Origin: Candidatus Parcubacteria bacterium
Lineage (GTDB): Bacteria > Patescibacteriota > Minisyncoccia > Sungbacterales > SURF-37
Direction: 5' to 3'
NCBI GenBank assembly: GCA_003599755.1
Contig: QZJO01000012.1
Span: 1-57,289 of the forward strand
Length of the DNA stretch: 57,289 nucleotides
The notes below the pieces were generated by a model that saw nothing but the letters and a program-made list of their open reading frames with translations, made no database searches and was not told the origin of the DNA. The position numbers were made by a program, and so were the translations under genes. Shown in pieces: positions 18,036 to 27,200 of the stretch (position 1 is its first letter; every line of letters begins with the position of its first letter).

Positions 18036-18800
18036 ATGTTTGATCTCAAAGGAAAAGTAGCGCTCGTCACCGGCGGCCGGCGCGGCATGGGCCGGACGCA
18101 CGCATTGGCACTTGCCGCGCAGGGTGCGGCAGTCGCCATCACCGACGTCAACGCCGAGGATTGCGCCGCCGTGGCCCAGGAAATCGCCGCCGGCATCGGC
18201 GGCAAAACCGCATGCTATGCGATGGACGTATCGGACGCCGCGAAGATCAACACGACATTCGACGCGGTCATCGATGAATTCGGCCGGCTCGATATCCTCG
18301 TCAACAACGCCGGCGTCTATATACCGAAGCCGGCGCTGGACATTACCGAGGTCGAATGGGACCGGATGCTCGCCATCAACTTGAGAGGGCAGTTCCTCTG
18401 TGCCCAGCGAGCGGCCAAAGAAATGGCCAAAACCAAATGGGGCCGCATCATCAATATCTCCTCCATCGCATCGGGCCAGATCGGCGTCGGCATCGCGGGC
18501 GGCGCGCACTACACGGCCTCCAAGGGCGGCATCATCGGCATGACCGAGACGCTCGCCGTGGAATGGGCCGCACTCGGCATTACAGTCAATGCGATCGCGC
18601 CGGGCGCCATTGATACGCCGATGGTGCAAGCCGCCCAAATGCCCGCCGAGGCGCTCGCGGGCCTGATCCAGCGGATCCCGCTCAAACGGATCGGCAAACC
18701 CGAGGAGGTATCCGCTGCCGTGGCATTCTTGGCATCCGAAGAAGCAAGTTATATTACCGGCGCGACGCTCGCCGTCGACGGCGGATGGCTTGCGACCTAA
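18036..18800 (+). CDS. Short-chain dehydrogenase/reductase (FabG-like)
   Basis: TGGRRGMG, NNAG, YTASK, VNAIAPG, VDGG. Confidence 0.92.
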   Translation: MFDLKGKVALVTGGRRGMGRTHALALAAQGAAVAITDVNAEDCAAVAQEIAAGIGGKTACYAMDVSDAAKINTTFDAVIDEFGRLDILVNNAGVYIPKPALDITEVEWDRMLAINLRGQFLCAQRAAKEMAKTKWGRIINISSIASGQIGVGIAGGAHYTASKGGIIGMTETLAVEWAALGITVNAIAPGAIDTPMVQAAQMPAEALAGLIQRIPLKRIGKPEEVSAAVAFLASEEASYITGATLAVDGGWLAT

Positions 18801-18821
18801 GTTCCTCGGCAGCATTGCTGC

Positions 18822-19109
18822 ATGGAATTTATCGGCCAAACGATTCGCGTAATGACGAAACAAGAACCGGGCTGGCTCCGGCCCGTTTCGTTCCGCCTCG
18901 ACGGCAAAGAACATACGGTCGTGCGCGTGGATGAACGCTGGGAAGAACATACGCTCGGCGATTCCTGGTGGCAGCGGCGCCACCGCGTGCATTATGCCGT
19001 GACCGTCGCGGACGGGCGCCGATTCGAACTCTATTGGGACCGCGGTGCCCGGGGCCAAGGCGAGACCTGGGTGCTCCTCAAGGAACTTGCCGATGAGTCG
19101 GCCGATTGA
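18822..19109 (+). CDS. DUF6504-like small protein
   Basis: P.SF...G....V..V..RW....WW....HY.V...DG..FELY.D.....W.L. Confidence 0.65.
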   Translation: MEFIGQTIRVMTKQEPGWLRPVSFRLDGKEHTVVRVDERWEEHTLGDSWWQRRHRVHYAVTVADGRRFELYWDRGARGQGETWVLLKELADESAD

Positions 19110-19152
19110 CATATCTTCGGTATCCAGACGTCTCACGCTATACTGAAATCCT

Positions 19153-19554
19153 ATGAACAAGTCACTCATCATCACGATCCTCGTTGGTATTGCCCTCGCT
19201 GCAGGCGCGTATTGGTATTGGACGAACGCCGCCGATACTAACGGCGCGCTAACGCCGCCGGCCGCGACGCCGACGCCAACACCGACACCTCCCGCAAATG
19301 TCTCCCCGGCAGCTGCGGCTGCCCGGAAAGATCTTGCCGGCCGACTCGGCGTGCCCGAAAGCGATATCACCGTCGTCATGGAAACGGCCCGCGATTGGCC
19401 CGACGCCTGCCTCGGGCTTTCGCTGACCGATCGGGTGTGCGCCCAAGTCATTACGCCCGGCTTCGAAATCACGCTCCACGCCCACGGCGAGGACTTTTTC
19501 TACCGAACGAATGCCGACGGGTCCGTGGCCTATCTCATAGATCCGAAAGGGTAA
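19153..19554 (+). CDS. Membrane-anchored surface protein with Pro/Thr linker
   Basis: N-terminal TM; WPDACLG....VCAQVITPGF domain; TATACT 8 nt upstream of ATG. Confidence 0.78.
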   Translation: MNKSLIITILVGIALAAGAYWYWTNAADTNGALTPPAATPTPTPTPPANVSPAAAAARKDLAGRLGVPESDITVVMETARDWPDACLGLSLTDRVCAQVITPGFEITLHAHGEDFFYRTNADGSVAYLIDPKG

Positions 19555-19560
19555 CATTGC

Positions 19561-19598
19561 CAAAAATGCCCTCCGCCGGAAAGCGGAGGGCATTTTGC
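19561..19598 (+). terminator. Intrinsic terminator
   Basis: aaaatgccctccgc-cggaaa-gcggagggcatttt. Confidence 0.8.
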
Positions 19599-19703
19599 GT
19601 TGCCCCGACAGCTGTTCCGCGATATACTGACATTGACGAACAGCCGTAGGGGACGCCCGATAATCTCCCGTCGTTCGCACGCGCGAACCGGTGTGCACGC
19701 AGT

Positions 19704-20195
19704 ATGCTGCATGTGGGAGACAAGGCACCGCTGGGGCTCCACGTACTGGATAGCGAAGGCAAGCGGGCATCGCTTGCGCCGTTCGCCGGTCGGTATGTGA
19801 TTCTCTATTTCTATCCGGAAAACGAATCGGCCGACTGCGTGCGGCAGGCCCGTAGCGTCCGGGACGTACACGACCAGATCAAACGGTACGGTGCGGTGGT
19901 TATCGGCGTATCGCCGGATCCGCCCGCCTCGCACCGCGCCTTCCGAACCCGGCACGACATCAACTTTCCGCTATGGTCCGATCCCGCATACGCGCTGATG
20001 GAAGCGTTCGGCGCGCGGCGCACGATACAGTTCATGGGCGATACTTACTCGTACCTCGCGCCTTCAACCGTTGCCATTCATCCGGATGGCACGGTCGCGC
20101 GCATTTGGGAAACCAACCACCCCGAGCGCCACGGCGAGGACATCGTGGCGTTCCTCCGGAGCGCCGATCCGAAAGCGCCTTCGCGCTCGGCCTAG
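19704..20195 (+). CDS. Divergent Bcp-like peroxiredoxin
   Basis: LYFYPENESADCVRQA, GVSPD, FPLWSD; conserved Arg position reads LAPST. Confidence 0.8.
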   Translation: MLHVGDKAPLGLHVLDSEGKRASLAPFAGRYVILYFYPENESADCVRQARSVRDVHDQIKRYGAVVIGVSPDPPASHRAFRTRHDINFPLWSDPAYALMEAFGARRTIQFMGDTYSYLAPSTVAIHPDGTVARIWETNHPERHGEDIVAFLRSADPKAPSRSA

Positions 20196-20270
20196 CGATT
20201 ATCATTGAAAACGACGCATGCATATGGTATGCATACGCGCGTCACTATCCGTAGCCGCGCGCACTCGTTC

Positions 20271-20711
20271 ATGGAATTGCCTCTGAGCAAAGCCGACGCC
20301 GAGCGCCTACTCGAGATCATATACCTCGGCGCAACGGTGATTAACGAAAGCCGGGAAGACGATCGGCTTGCCGAATACGACAAACTGGAACAACTAATGC
20401 TCAAAGCCGCGGCTGAGTCGGGCGCGCGCGGCGTTTTCTTCAATACCGAAACGAACGCATACGAATACACCGGAGCATTTCGGGAAGGCCGGGTCCGAAA
20501 ATTCCGCGAAGACCATGACGACTACGTGTTTTGGGAAGAACTGGTCGACCGTCTCGTGCATCGGGATCTCGAACGCCGCAACACCGTGCAAAAACCGGAC
20601 AAACCCTTCGCGCCCGGTCTTGATCCGGCGCACGACGAGATCGCGACCGAATATTGGCGCGAATTCGAAGAGCACGGCATTGACCGGCTCGGTATCTGGG
20701 AAGGCATGTAA
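20271..20711 (+). CDS. Hypothetical acidic protein
   Basis: 146-aa ORF; FWEEL..RL..RD and Y..EFEEHGIDRL motifs. Confidence 0.72.
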   Translation: MELPLSKADAERLLEIIYLGATVINESREDDRLAEYDKLEQLMLKAAAESGARGVFFNTETNAYEYTGAFREGRVRKFREDHDDYVFWEELVDRLVHRDLERRNTVQKPDKPFAPGLDPAHDEIATEYWREFEEHGIDRLGIWEGM

Positions 20712-20743
20712 CGCCGGGTGCAACCGTTTCGTTAATTATTAAT

Positions 20744-21280
20744 ATGAAAACCTCGAACATAATGCTTGCCGCCGGCCTGGGGATCGTTATCGCAATCGGC
20801 GCATTTGCCGCATACGACAGCATGCGCTCGCCCCGCCAACCCGACAGCAACGGCACTGTCTGCACGCTCGACGCGTTCGTGTGCCCGGATGGCACCGTGG
20901 TTGGCCGCATACCGCCGAGCTGCGATTTTGCGCCCTGTCCCGCGCCAGCGCCGGAAACCCGGCTTGAAACGCGTATCGACCAAGGCGCGAGCGGCCTCGA
21001 CGTGAAGGTAACGCCGCACGAAGTACTGGAAGATAGCCGCTGCCCGATCGGCGCGACCTGCGTCTGGGCCGGAACCGTGCGCGTACGCGCGACCTTGGAA
21101 AGCGGTCTTGGCACGGCAAACCAAGTGTTTGAACTCAACGCGCCGGTCACGACCGAAGCCGAAGTGATTGAACTGGTCCAGGTAATGCCCGAAGCCCGGC
21201 TCGATGTCGCCATCAGGCCGGCCGATTATCGGTTCATCTTTCGCGTAGCGAAACGGCCGCCGCTTGCTGCGCCGCGCTGA
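20744..21280 (+). CDS. Membrane-anchored Cys-rich surface protein
   Basis: TM; CTLDAFVCPDG..VGR.PPSC.FAPCP module; EDSRCP....CVWAG domain. Confidence 0.78.
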   Translation: MKTSNIMLAAGLGIVIAIGAFAAYDSMRSPRQPDSNGTVCTLDAFVCPDGTVVGRIPPSCDFAPCPAPAPETRLETRIDQGASGLDVKVTPHEVLEDSRCPIGATCVWAGTVRVRATLESGLGTANQVFELNAPVTTEAEVIELVQVMPEARLDVAIRPADYRFIFRVAKRPPLAAPR

Positions 21281-21285
21281 CGTTT

Positions 21286-22008
21286 CTAGTAGCCCGAGAA
21301 TTCCTCGGTACGGATATTATCTTCGTTCACGCCGAGTTTGGCCGCCAGCGCGCGCATGGCGCCAACCATGGCCGCAGGCCCGGCAAGATACCAAATAGGT
21401 GCGGTCGGATCGGCAACGTGCCGCTGCACCATAGCCGTATCGATGTATCCGGTTTCGCCACTCCAGGGTTGTTTTGCACCGGCCATGTCCGTCATCGTTG
21501 CCACGAGCTTGAAGGTCGGACTCTGCGATTCGGCCCGCTGCAATTCCGCCAGAAATGCGGCGTCCTCGGGCCGGCGATTCGAATAGAAGAGCGTAAGCGA
21601 ATGGGGTAGTTTACGCTCGATCGCGTCCAGGATCATGGCGCGGGCGGGCGTGACGCCGATGCCGCCCATCAGGAATACGGCCGGCTTTGCCGCGTCGGTG
21701 TGAAGCGTGAACGATCCGATCGGTGCTTCCCATCTGACCGCGGTGCCGAGCGGCATGGTCCTGAGTACGCGTTTGAAAGCGGTATCGCGCATGCGCGAGG
21801 CGATCATCAGTTCCGACTCGTGGGGTGCCGCCGCAATGGAAAACGCCCGGTTCGGCCCTTCGGCGTCGGATTCGGGCGGATCGATCAGCGTCACTTCCGC
21901 GTACTGGCCGGCCCGATACGAAAAACTTGCCGGTTTTTCAAAATAAAACGCCATGGTCCCTTCCGCAATCTCGTCCCGCCGCACCAATTTGACTTCATAC
22001 GTGTTCAT
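21286..22008 (-). CDS. FAD/NAD(P)-dependent oxidoreductase (FNR-like)
   Basis: AGQY, RAFSIA, GGIGVTP, YLAGP..MV, EEFSGY. Confidence 0.9.
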   Translation of the reverse strand: MNTYEVKLVRRDEIAEGTMAFYFEKPASFSYRAGQYAEVTLIDPPESDAEGPNRAFSIAAAPHESELMIASRMRDTAFKRVLRTMPLGTAVRWEAPIGSFTLHTDAAKPAVFLMGGIGVTPARAMILDAIERKLPHSLTLFYSNRRPEDAAFLAELQRAESQSPTFKLVATMTDMAGAKQPWSGETGYIDTAMVQRHVADPTAPIWYLAGPAAMVGAMRALAAKLGVNEDNIRTEEFSGY

Positions 22009-22142
22009 AGATGTTGCGGCATCCGCCCGAAAGATGCGGCCCGCGAACCCGTCGCCCGGCATATACCAGGGCTCGCAATTCAGCGCTCGTTCAAGTGCTA
22101 TACTAGTATGAGACACATTATACCGCATAATCCATACCCGTT

Positions 22143-23126
22143 ATGAAACGTATCATTGTGGCAACCGCAGCACTCGCGCTCCTCGTGCCGCTCGCAGCCG
22201 CAGCGGCGACGTTCCGCACCGACGGCACCTACACGCTTGGGCGCGAGGAGACGATTGAAGGAAATCTCTATGCGGCGGGAGGGAACCTCGTGTTCGAAGG
22301 CAGGGTGAATGGGGATCTCATTGCCGCGGGCGGCAACGTCGTGGTCTCAGGACCGGTAGCCGGCGATATCCTGATCGCCGGCGGGAACATCACGGTCCAA
22401 GGGCCGGTGGACGGGGATATCCGCGCCGTGGGCGGTACGATCGTTATCTCGAATGCGGTCGGCGGCGAAGTGGTTGTAGCCGGCGGCCAAGTGCATGTGG
22501 CTGAGGGCGCGGTCATTGCCGGAGATTTCGCCGTCGGCTCGGAGACCATCACCATTGACGGCGAAGTACGCGGCTCGGTCATTCGGCCGCCCGAGCGCCC
22601 CGAAGACCGCGATGGCGCGGGCATTGCGGCGTTTGTGAGTTTCTTCCAGGTCGCGATGGCCGTGATGCTCTTCACGGCGGGCATTTTATTCGTAACGCTC
22701 TTCGGCCGCGGCACCCGCGCGGTGGTCGCGCGCGCCGAGGCCAATTTCCTCGGCGAGGCGATCCGCGGATTCGTCGTCCTCGTCGCATTGCCGGTAGCCG
22801 CGATCATCGCCGCCGTATCGCTGATCGGCATGTATTTGGCGATTCTCGGCGGACTCGTTTATATTGCCGCGCTGCTCCTCGGCTCGATCTTCGGGAGCAT
22901 AATTCTCGGCAGCCTGATTCTGCGCTATACGGTGCGCAAAGAAGGGGAGCGCGTCGGCTGGCTCGCGGTACTCGTCGGCGTCATCGCCTTCGAAGCGCTC
23001 AAATTCATTCCGATCGTGGGCTGGATCGCCTGCTTCATCTTCTTCCTTGCCGGGTTCGGCAGCGTACTGTACTTCGGATGGAAGAATACCGAGCGCGCGT
23101 GGCGGCAGGAGCACGCGCTCCTCTAA
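22143..23126 (+). CDS. Membrane protein with polymer-forming (bactofilin-like) beta-helix repeats
   Basis: Signal peptide; repeated G.V.GD..AAGG.V units; C-terminal TM bundle (IP.VGW). Confidence 0.8.
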   Translation: MKRIIVATAALALLVPLAAAAATFRTDGTYTLGREETIEGNLYAAGGNLVFEGRVNGDLIAAGGNVVVSGPVAGDILIAGGNITVQGPVDGDIRAVGGTIVISNAVGGEVVVAGGQVHVAEGAVIAGDFAVGSETITIDGEVRGSVIRPPERPEDRDGAGIAAFVSFFQVAMAVMLFTAGILFVTLFGRGTRAVVARAEANFLGEAIRGFVVLVALPVAAIIAAVSLIGMYLAILGGLVYIAALLLGSIFGSIILGSLILRYTVRKEGERVGWLAVLVGVIAFEALKFIPIVGWIACFIFFLAGFGSVLYFGWKNTERAWRQEHALL

Positions 23127-23146
23127 CAACAGGGTTGAATGCGTGT

Positions 23147-23186
23147 CAACGGCGGATGTTATGCACATCCGCCGTTGCATTTTCTT
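23147..23186 (+). terminator. Intrinsic terminator
   Basis: caacggcggatgt-tatgc-acatccgccgttg-cattttctt. Confidence 0.75.
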
Positions 23187-23222
23187 GCGATTGGCGCGCG
23201 AGTATGCGATAACGTTCGGGTG

Positions 23223-23780
23223 ATGACCGAAAAAAACCGTCTTATCATTATCATCGGCGCGCTCGGTATTCTGATTGCCGCGGGTGCGTTTTATTTTGCC
23301 GGCTCCGAATTGCTCGGCTTCGGCACCGCTTCCCCGGTGCTATCCTCGCACATACCGGACTGGAAGACCTACGAGCAGCCGCGCTACAAATTTTCCATAC
23401 AGTATCCACCCGACTACGAATTCGCCGAATCAGCGGACGCGAACCAAAACGCGTTTTACATCGGATTCGCCGGCCCATCGGCGTCAGGACCGGCCATCGC
23501 GTATATCGCCGAGGCGCGAAAGACCACAGTGAGTGATATCCGGCGCGCGCTCCGCGGCCAGGATGATTTTTCCGAAAGCACGCTCGTAACCGACCAAGGG
23601 ACGCGCATTACGGTCTACGGGTACGAGCGCGGAGAAGACGACGCCGAGCCGAACGCTCCGGCCGGCCGCTATGAAGTCGCCGTATTCGAGCATGGCGAAT
23701 ACGTAATCAGCGTTTCCTCGGCTCATCCCGCGCTGTTGACGCAATTCCGCCAAGCCATCGGCACGGTGGTCCTGAAGTAA
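23223..23780 (+). CDS. Membrane-anchored PsbP-like surface protein
   Basis: TM, then WKTY....YKFSIQYPPDY motif. Confidence 0.7.
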   Translation: MTEKNRLIIIIGALGILIAAGAFYFAGSELLGFGTASPVLSSHIPDWKTYEQPRYKFSIQYPPDYEFAESADANQNAFYIGFAGPSASGPAIAYIAEARKTTVSDIRRALRGQDDFSESTLVTDQGTRITVYGYERGEDDAEPNAPAGRYEVAVFEHGEYVISVSSAHPALLTQFRQAIGTVVLK

Positions 23781-23790
23781 AAATTCCCAG

Positions 23791-23829
23791 CAGAACGTCG
23801 ACTCCGTCGGTGTTCTTTAAATTTAAAAA
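23791..23829. terminator. Hairpin between convergent genes
   Basis: agaacgtcgac-tcc-gtcggtgttct followed by an AT tract. Confidence 0.55.
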
Positions 23830-23843
23830 TCATGAGCTGCCGA

Positions 23844-24083
23844 TCAAGCAGCAGCCCATGGAATCATCGACCAACGACCGCCGGCATCGGTATCTTCCAG
23901 AATCCAGAGCTGAAGTAGCATATGATTCGGCCGATCCATCGGTCGGTGCTTCTCGATGAAGAACTCTCCCGCCATTTGCGCTGCAGCAATCGTCTCGACC
24001 TCTGCGATAAATCGCCATGCGATGACCGGCGGCGCCTTCGGAGCGCCATCTATGGTGCGCACGGTCGCAAGCCAGGCCTCCAT
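23844..24083 (-). CDS. Hypothetical protein (79 aa)
   Basis: GGAGG SD 6 nt before ATG (MEAWLATVRT...); fills an intergenic gap. Confidence 0.55.
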   Translation of the reverse strand: MEAWLATVRTIDGAPKAPPVIAWRFIAEVETIAAAQMAGEFFIEKHRPMDRPNHMLLQLWILEDTDAGGRWSMIPWAAA

Positions 24084-24159
24084 GACATACCTCCAGACAT
24101 GGTACCGAACCACGGGAATCTTTGTTTCCCATTTCGTATCCGCGTCTTATAGTGCAATC

Positions 24160-25071
24160 ATGTCGCGCATGTCCCGCCGCAACCGAGTCATTCACGGCGA
24201 TAATCTTGCGGCGCTCAAGACGCTCGCGCCGGATTCGGTGGCGCTCATCTACATCGATCCGCCGTTTAATACCGGAAAAACGCAGCGGCGCAAACGGCTC
24301 AAGACCGTCCGCGCGGCCGGGGGTAGCCGTATCGGTTTCCAAGGCCAAAACTATCGGACGATACTCCTCGGCGAGCAGCGCTACGCGGATCAGTTCGATG
24401 ATTATCTCGGATTCCTGGAACCGCGCCTCAATGAGGCGCGCCGCGTACTCGCGCCCGGCGGCAGCATCTATTTTCACAACGATTACCGGGAAGTGCACTA
24501 CTGCAAAATTCTCCTCGATCGGATCTTCGGCCGTGAAAATTTTCTCAATGAGATTATCTGGGCCTACGACTACGGCGCGCGGACCACGAAGAAATGGCCG
24601 ACCAAGCACGACACGATTCTCTGGTACGCGAAGAATGCCGCCAATTACATATTCAATTACGATGCGATCGCGCGGATTCCCTACATGGCGCCGGGCCTCG
24701 TGGGTCCGGAAAAAGCCCGACGCGGCAAGTTGCCGACCGACACCTGGTGGCATACGATCGTCAGTCCGACGGGTAAGGAAAAAACCGGCTACCCGACGCA
24801 AAAGCCGCTCGGCATCCTGGAACGCATTGTCCAGGCCTCATCGCACCCCGGAGACCTGGTCATGGATTTTTTCGCGGGCAGCGGTTCGTTCGGCGAGGCC
24901 GCGCGGCGCCTCGGCCGCCGATTCATTCTCATCGACTCCCATGCGCCGGCGATCCGCGTCATGGAACGGCGATTCGCCCGATATCCGGACGTGCGGTTCG
25001 AGCGGTTACGTGCGGTCATTTCCCGTACGCCGCGCCGGCACAAGAAGCCGATCCTCGGCGCGCGATCCTAG
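24160..25071 (+). CDS. Site-specific amino-DNA methyltransferase (beta class), orphan
   Basis: YIDPPFN (motif IV) precedes YPTQKP and DFFAGSGS (motif I); TATAGT 6 nt upstream of ATG. Confidence 0.92.
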   Translation: MSRMSRRNRVIHGDNLAALKTLAPDSVALIYIDPPFNTGKTQRRKRLKTVRAAGGSRIGFQGQNYRTILLGEQRYADQFDDYLGFLEPRLNEARRVLAPGGSIYFHNDYREVHYCKILLDRIFGRENFLNEIIWAYDYGARTTKKWPTKHDTILWYAKNAANYIFNYDAIARIPYMAPGLVGPEKARRGKLPTDTWWHTIVSPTGKEKTGYPTQKPLGILERIVQASSHPGDLVMDFFAGSGSFGEAARRLGRRFILIDSHAPAIRVMERRFARYPDVRFERLRAVISRTPRRHKKPILGARS

Positions 25072-25167
25072 CACGTCCCAAACGACGCCGAATCGCACAC
25101 GGCGTCAACTGCGCCGTTATGCACCGCCTGGTTGCCGCGCGGAGTGCCTGTGGCACAATTGAATCGT

Positions 25168-25761
25168 ATGGCAAAAGTATTGGTGGGTCTGATACTCGGA
25201 CTGGCTGCGGCCGGCGGCGTCTGGTGGTTCGTGTTCGGTCCGGAAGAAATCAGTACATCGAATACACCTCCGCCCCCTCCGGCAGCTACCGGTACAACGC
25301 CGCCCCCAGCCGCTCAGGCGGAACCGGCCTATCCCGATGACTTCGTACTCCGATCAGGCGAGATTCCGGCGCAATTCATCCTCGCACCTATCGATGAAGA
25401 AACGCTCGCGATGGGCGTGACCGGCAATCCCGGCTATATCACCGACCCGCAATTCATCCAATTCGCGATCGGCGAAGACGTCGATATCGCCAAAGTCGAC
25501 AAAGTATATTTGATCGGCTATACCATGCCGGGCGCGGAACTCGGCGAGATGGGAATGTACGTCGTGCGTTTCAAATCCGAAGCGGATCTAGCGTCCCAAA
25601 TCGCGAAATTGCCGCCCGCGGCGAACAATAATCTGGAATACTACCGGCGGGGCAGGGTGCTGGTCATCGTCTGGAGCGCCCTGGAGGCATATGCATCCGA
25701 GCGCGCGGCCGTGGGCACGATCATGACCGGGCGCCTGGGCATGAGCACCGTCGCCCGATAA
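25168..25761 (+). CDS. Membrane-anchored protein with Pro-rich linker
   Basis: N-terminal TM, PPPP linker, globular C-terminus. Confidence 0.72.
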   Translation: MAKVLVGLILGLAAAGGVWWFVFGPEEISTSNTPPPPPAATGTTPPPAAQAEPAYPDDFVLRSGEIPAQFILAPIDEETLAMGVTGNPGYITDPQFIQFAIGEDVDIAKVDKVYLIGYTMPGAELGEMGMYVVRFKSEADLASQIAKLPPAANNNLEYYRRGRVLVIVWSALEAYASERAAVGTIMTGRLGMSTVAR

Positions 25762-25770
25762 CTACTGCGC

Positions 25771-26409
25771 ATGCAGCGCACAGGCCTTATCATCACGCTT
25801 CTTGTCGTCGCTGCCGTGGGAGCAAGCGCGGCCTATTTTGCGTTTCAGGATCGCGCGCCGTTCGGCGGCAAACCGCCGCTCGACATTCCGGATGAGCCGA
25901 CGGATTTTGCCGAGGCCGGCGTGGTCGTATTCAACAATCCGGGCCTCAAACCCGATACGCCGTATTTGATCTACGAAGAACCGGGCAAACCCGCGCTCAG
26001 CGTCCAACTCATACTAGATGCCACGAGCGCCTGCGCCGCGCCCGATGGCGCCGCACCGTGCATGGCCATAAGCACGTCCCTCGAGGCGGGATTCGGCGGC
26101 AAACGGGCGACGGTAGAGGGCATCAGCAACGACGGCGCGGTGCTCGTGCGCAAGCTCTGGGTTCTGGATGAGAACGAAACGCCGCGATTGCCCGCGCCCG
26201 GTGATACATTTATCTCGTGGACCCAAGCCCGCGAGCTTATCCGCGGCTGCCATGCCACGTTCGTCATGCAAACGCATACGCTTGATGTTTACATCACGCT
26301 CCCCGATGAGCGCACGGTGCGCGCGGTAGAACCGGCGATCGATGAAGTGTTTCGTGCGCTCGCGGACGTCCGCGACGCCTGCGGCCCCATACCGGTCGCG
26401 ACAGAGTAG
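25771..26409 (+). CDS. Membrane-anchored hypothetical protein
   Basis: TM; NNPGL....YL.YEEPGKPA and W..A..LI..C....V.Q.H...V...EP.ID...CG.I..ATE domains. Confidence 0.75.
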   Translation: MQRTGLIITLLVVAAVGASAAYFAFQDRAPFGGKPPLDIPDEPTDFAEAGVVVFNNPGLKPDTPYLIYEEPGKPALSVQLILDATSACAAPDGAAPCMAISTSLEAGFGGKRATVEGISNDGAVLVRKLWVLDENETPRLPAPGDTFISWTQARELIRGCHATFVMQTHTLDVYITLPDERTVRAVEPAIDEVFRALADVRDACGPIPVATE

Positions 26410-26467
26410 GGTCGAGCGCCACCCGGGATCGCCGAAAGATTGACGCCGCCTCGGCGTCAGTCGTTGC

Positions 26468-26734
26468 ATGTCGTTGTTCGAAGTATTCCTGCTGGTCGCG
26501 ACGATCGCGCTTGCGCTCGTCACCATCCTGATCGCCGCGTTTCTCATCCTTGCGTGGCGGCTCGCGAACGATATCCGAGATCTCATCCGATCGTTCAAGG
26601 AAGAGTGGCGCGCTGCCATGCGCGAACGCCGGGACTCAAGTCCCGCCGCGTTCGCCGCCCTGATCCCGGTGGCAGGAAAAATTCTCGGCGCGGTTTGGGA
26701 CGCCATCAGCCGTCGGCAGCGGCGTTGGTTTTGA
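26468..26734 (+). CDS. Small membrane protein
   Basis: Long N-terminal hydrophobic helix, basic C-terminus. Confidence 0.6.
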   Translation: MSLFEVFLLVATIALALVTILIAAFLILAWRLANDIRDLIRSFKEEWRAAMRERRDSSPAAFAALIPVAGKILGAVWDAISRRQRRWF

Positions 26735-26740
26735 CAATCA

Positions 26741-26769
26741 TTGACTATAAACTGGAGTAATTGTATAAA
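26741..26769 (+). promoter_or_regulatory. Sigma70 promoter
   Basis: TTGACT-17 nt-TATAAA. Confidence 0.7.
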
Positions 26770-26826
26770 AGATCCAGCAGCTCCTCGCGCAGGAGCAGTG
26801 TTCCAACTCAAACCGGGAGGTGGCCC

Positions 26827-27120
26827 ATGAGGATGTTCATCCTCGTCCTTACCGCCCTGGCGCTGGCCGTCGCCGGCCCGCCTGGAACCGCACTCGCGGA
26901 TCCGTATCTGCAATGCGAGCCCGCGCCCACGGCCGGCCTCGCCGCGGCCCGTTCTACCCAAGATCGGTCGGCCGCCGCGATGATCCTGCCCGCATTCGCC
27001 GTCAGGACCTTGCGCTACGACTACCCGCCCCTGACCGCCAAGCTCGTGGATCCGGCGGCTGCCGACACCTGGACCATCGATCCGGGTCCGCCGACGCCGC
27101 GCCATCCGCCGCGGTTGTAA
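26827..27120 (+). CDS. Small secreted hypothetical protein (97 aa)
   Basis: SD GGGAGGT; signal peptide MRMFILVLTALALAVA...ALA; own promoter and terminator. Confidence 0.6.
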   Translation: MRMFILVLTALALAVAGPPGTALADPYLQCEPAPTAGLAAARSTQDRSAAAMILPAFAVRTLRYDYPPLTAKLVDPAAADTWTIDPGPPTPRHPPRL

Positions 27121-27133
27121 CGACTGCGCGACC

Positions 27134-27188
27134 CGGGCGCCCGGAACAACCCTGCCGCAAGGGAAGCTCCGGGCGCCTCATTTCTTTC
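27134..27188 (+). terminator. Intrinsic terminator
   Basis: ggcgcccgga...tccgggcgcc followed by tcatttcttt. Confidence 0.65.
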
Positions 27189-27200
27189 ATGCCGCCGCAT

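Noticed and set aside
17769-19472. 567-aa minus-strand ORF and other long antisense ORFs (e.g. 9788-11164, 31694-32818)
   Set aside because: Shadow ORFs opposite well-supported genes in GC-rich DNA
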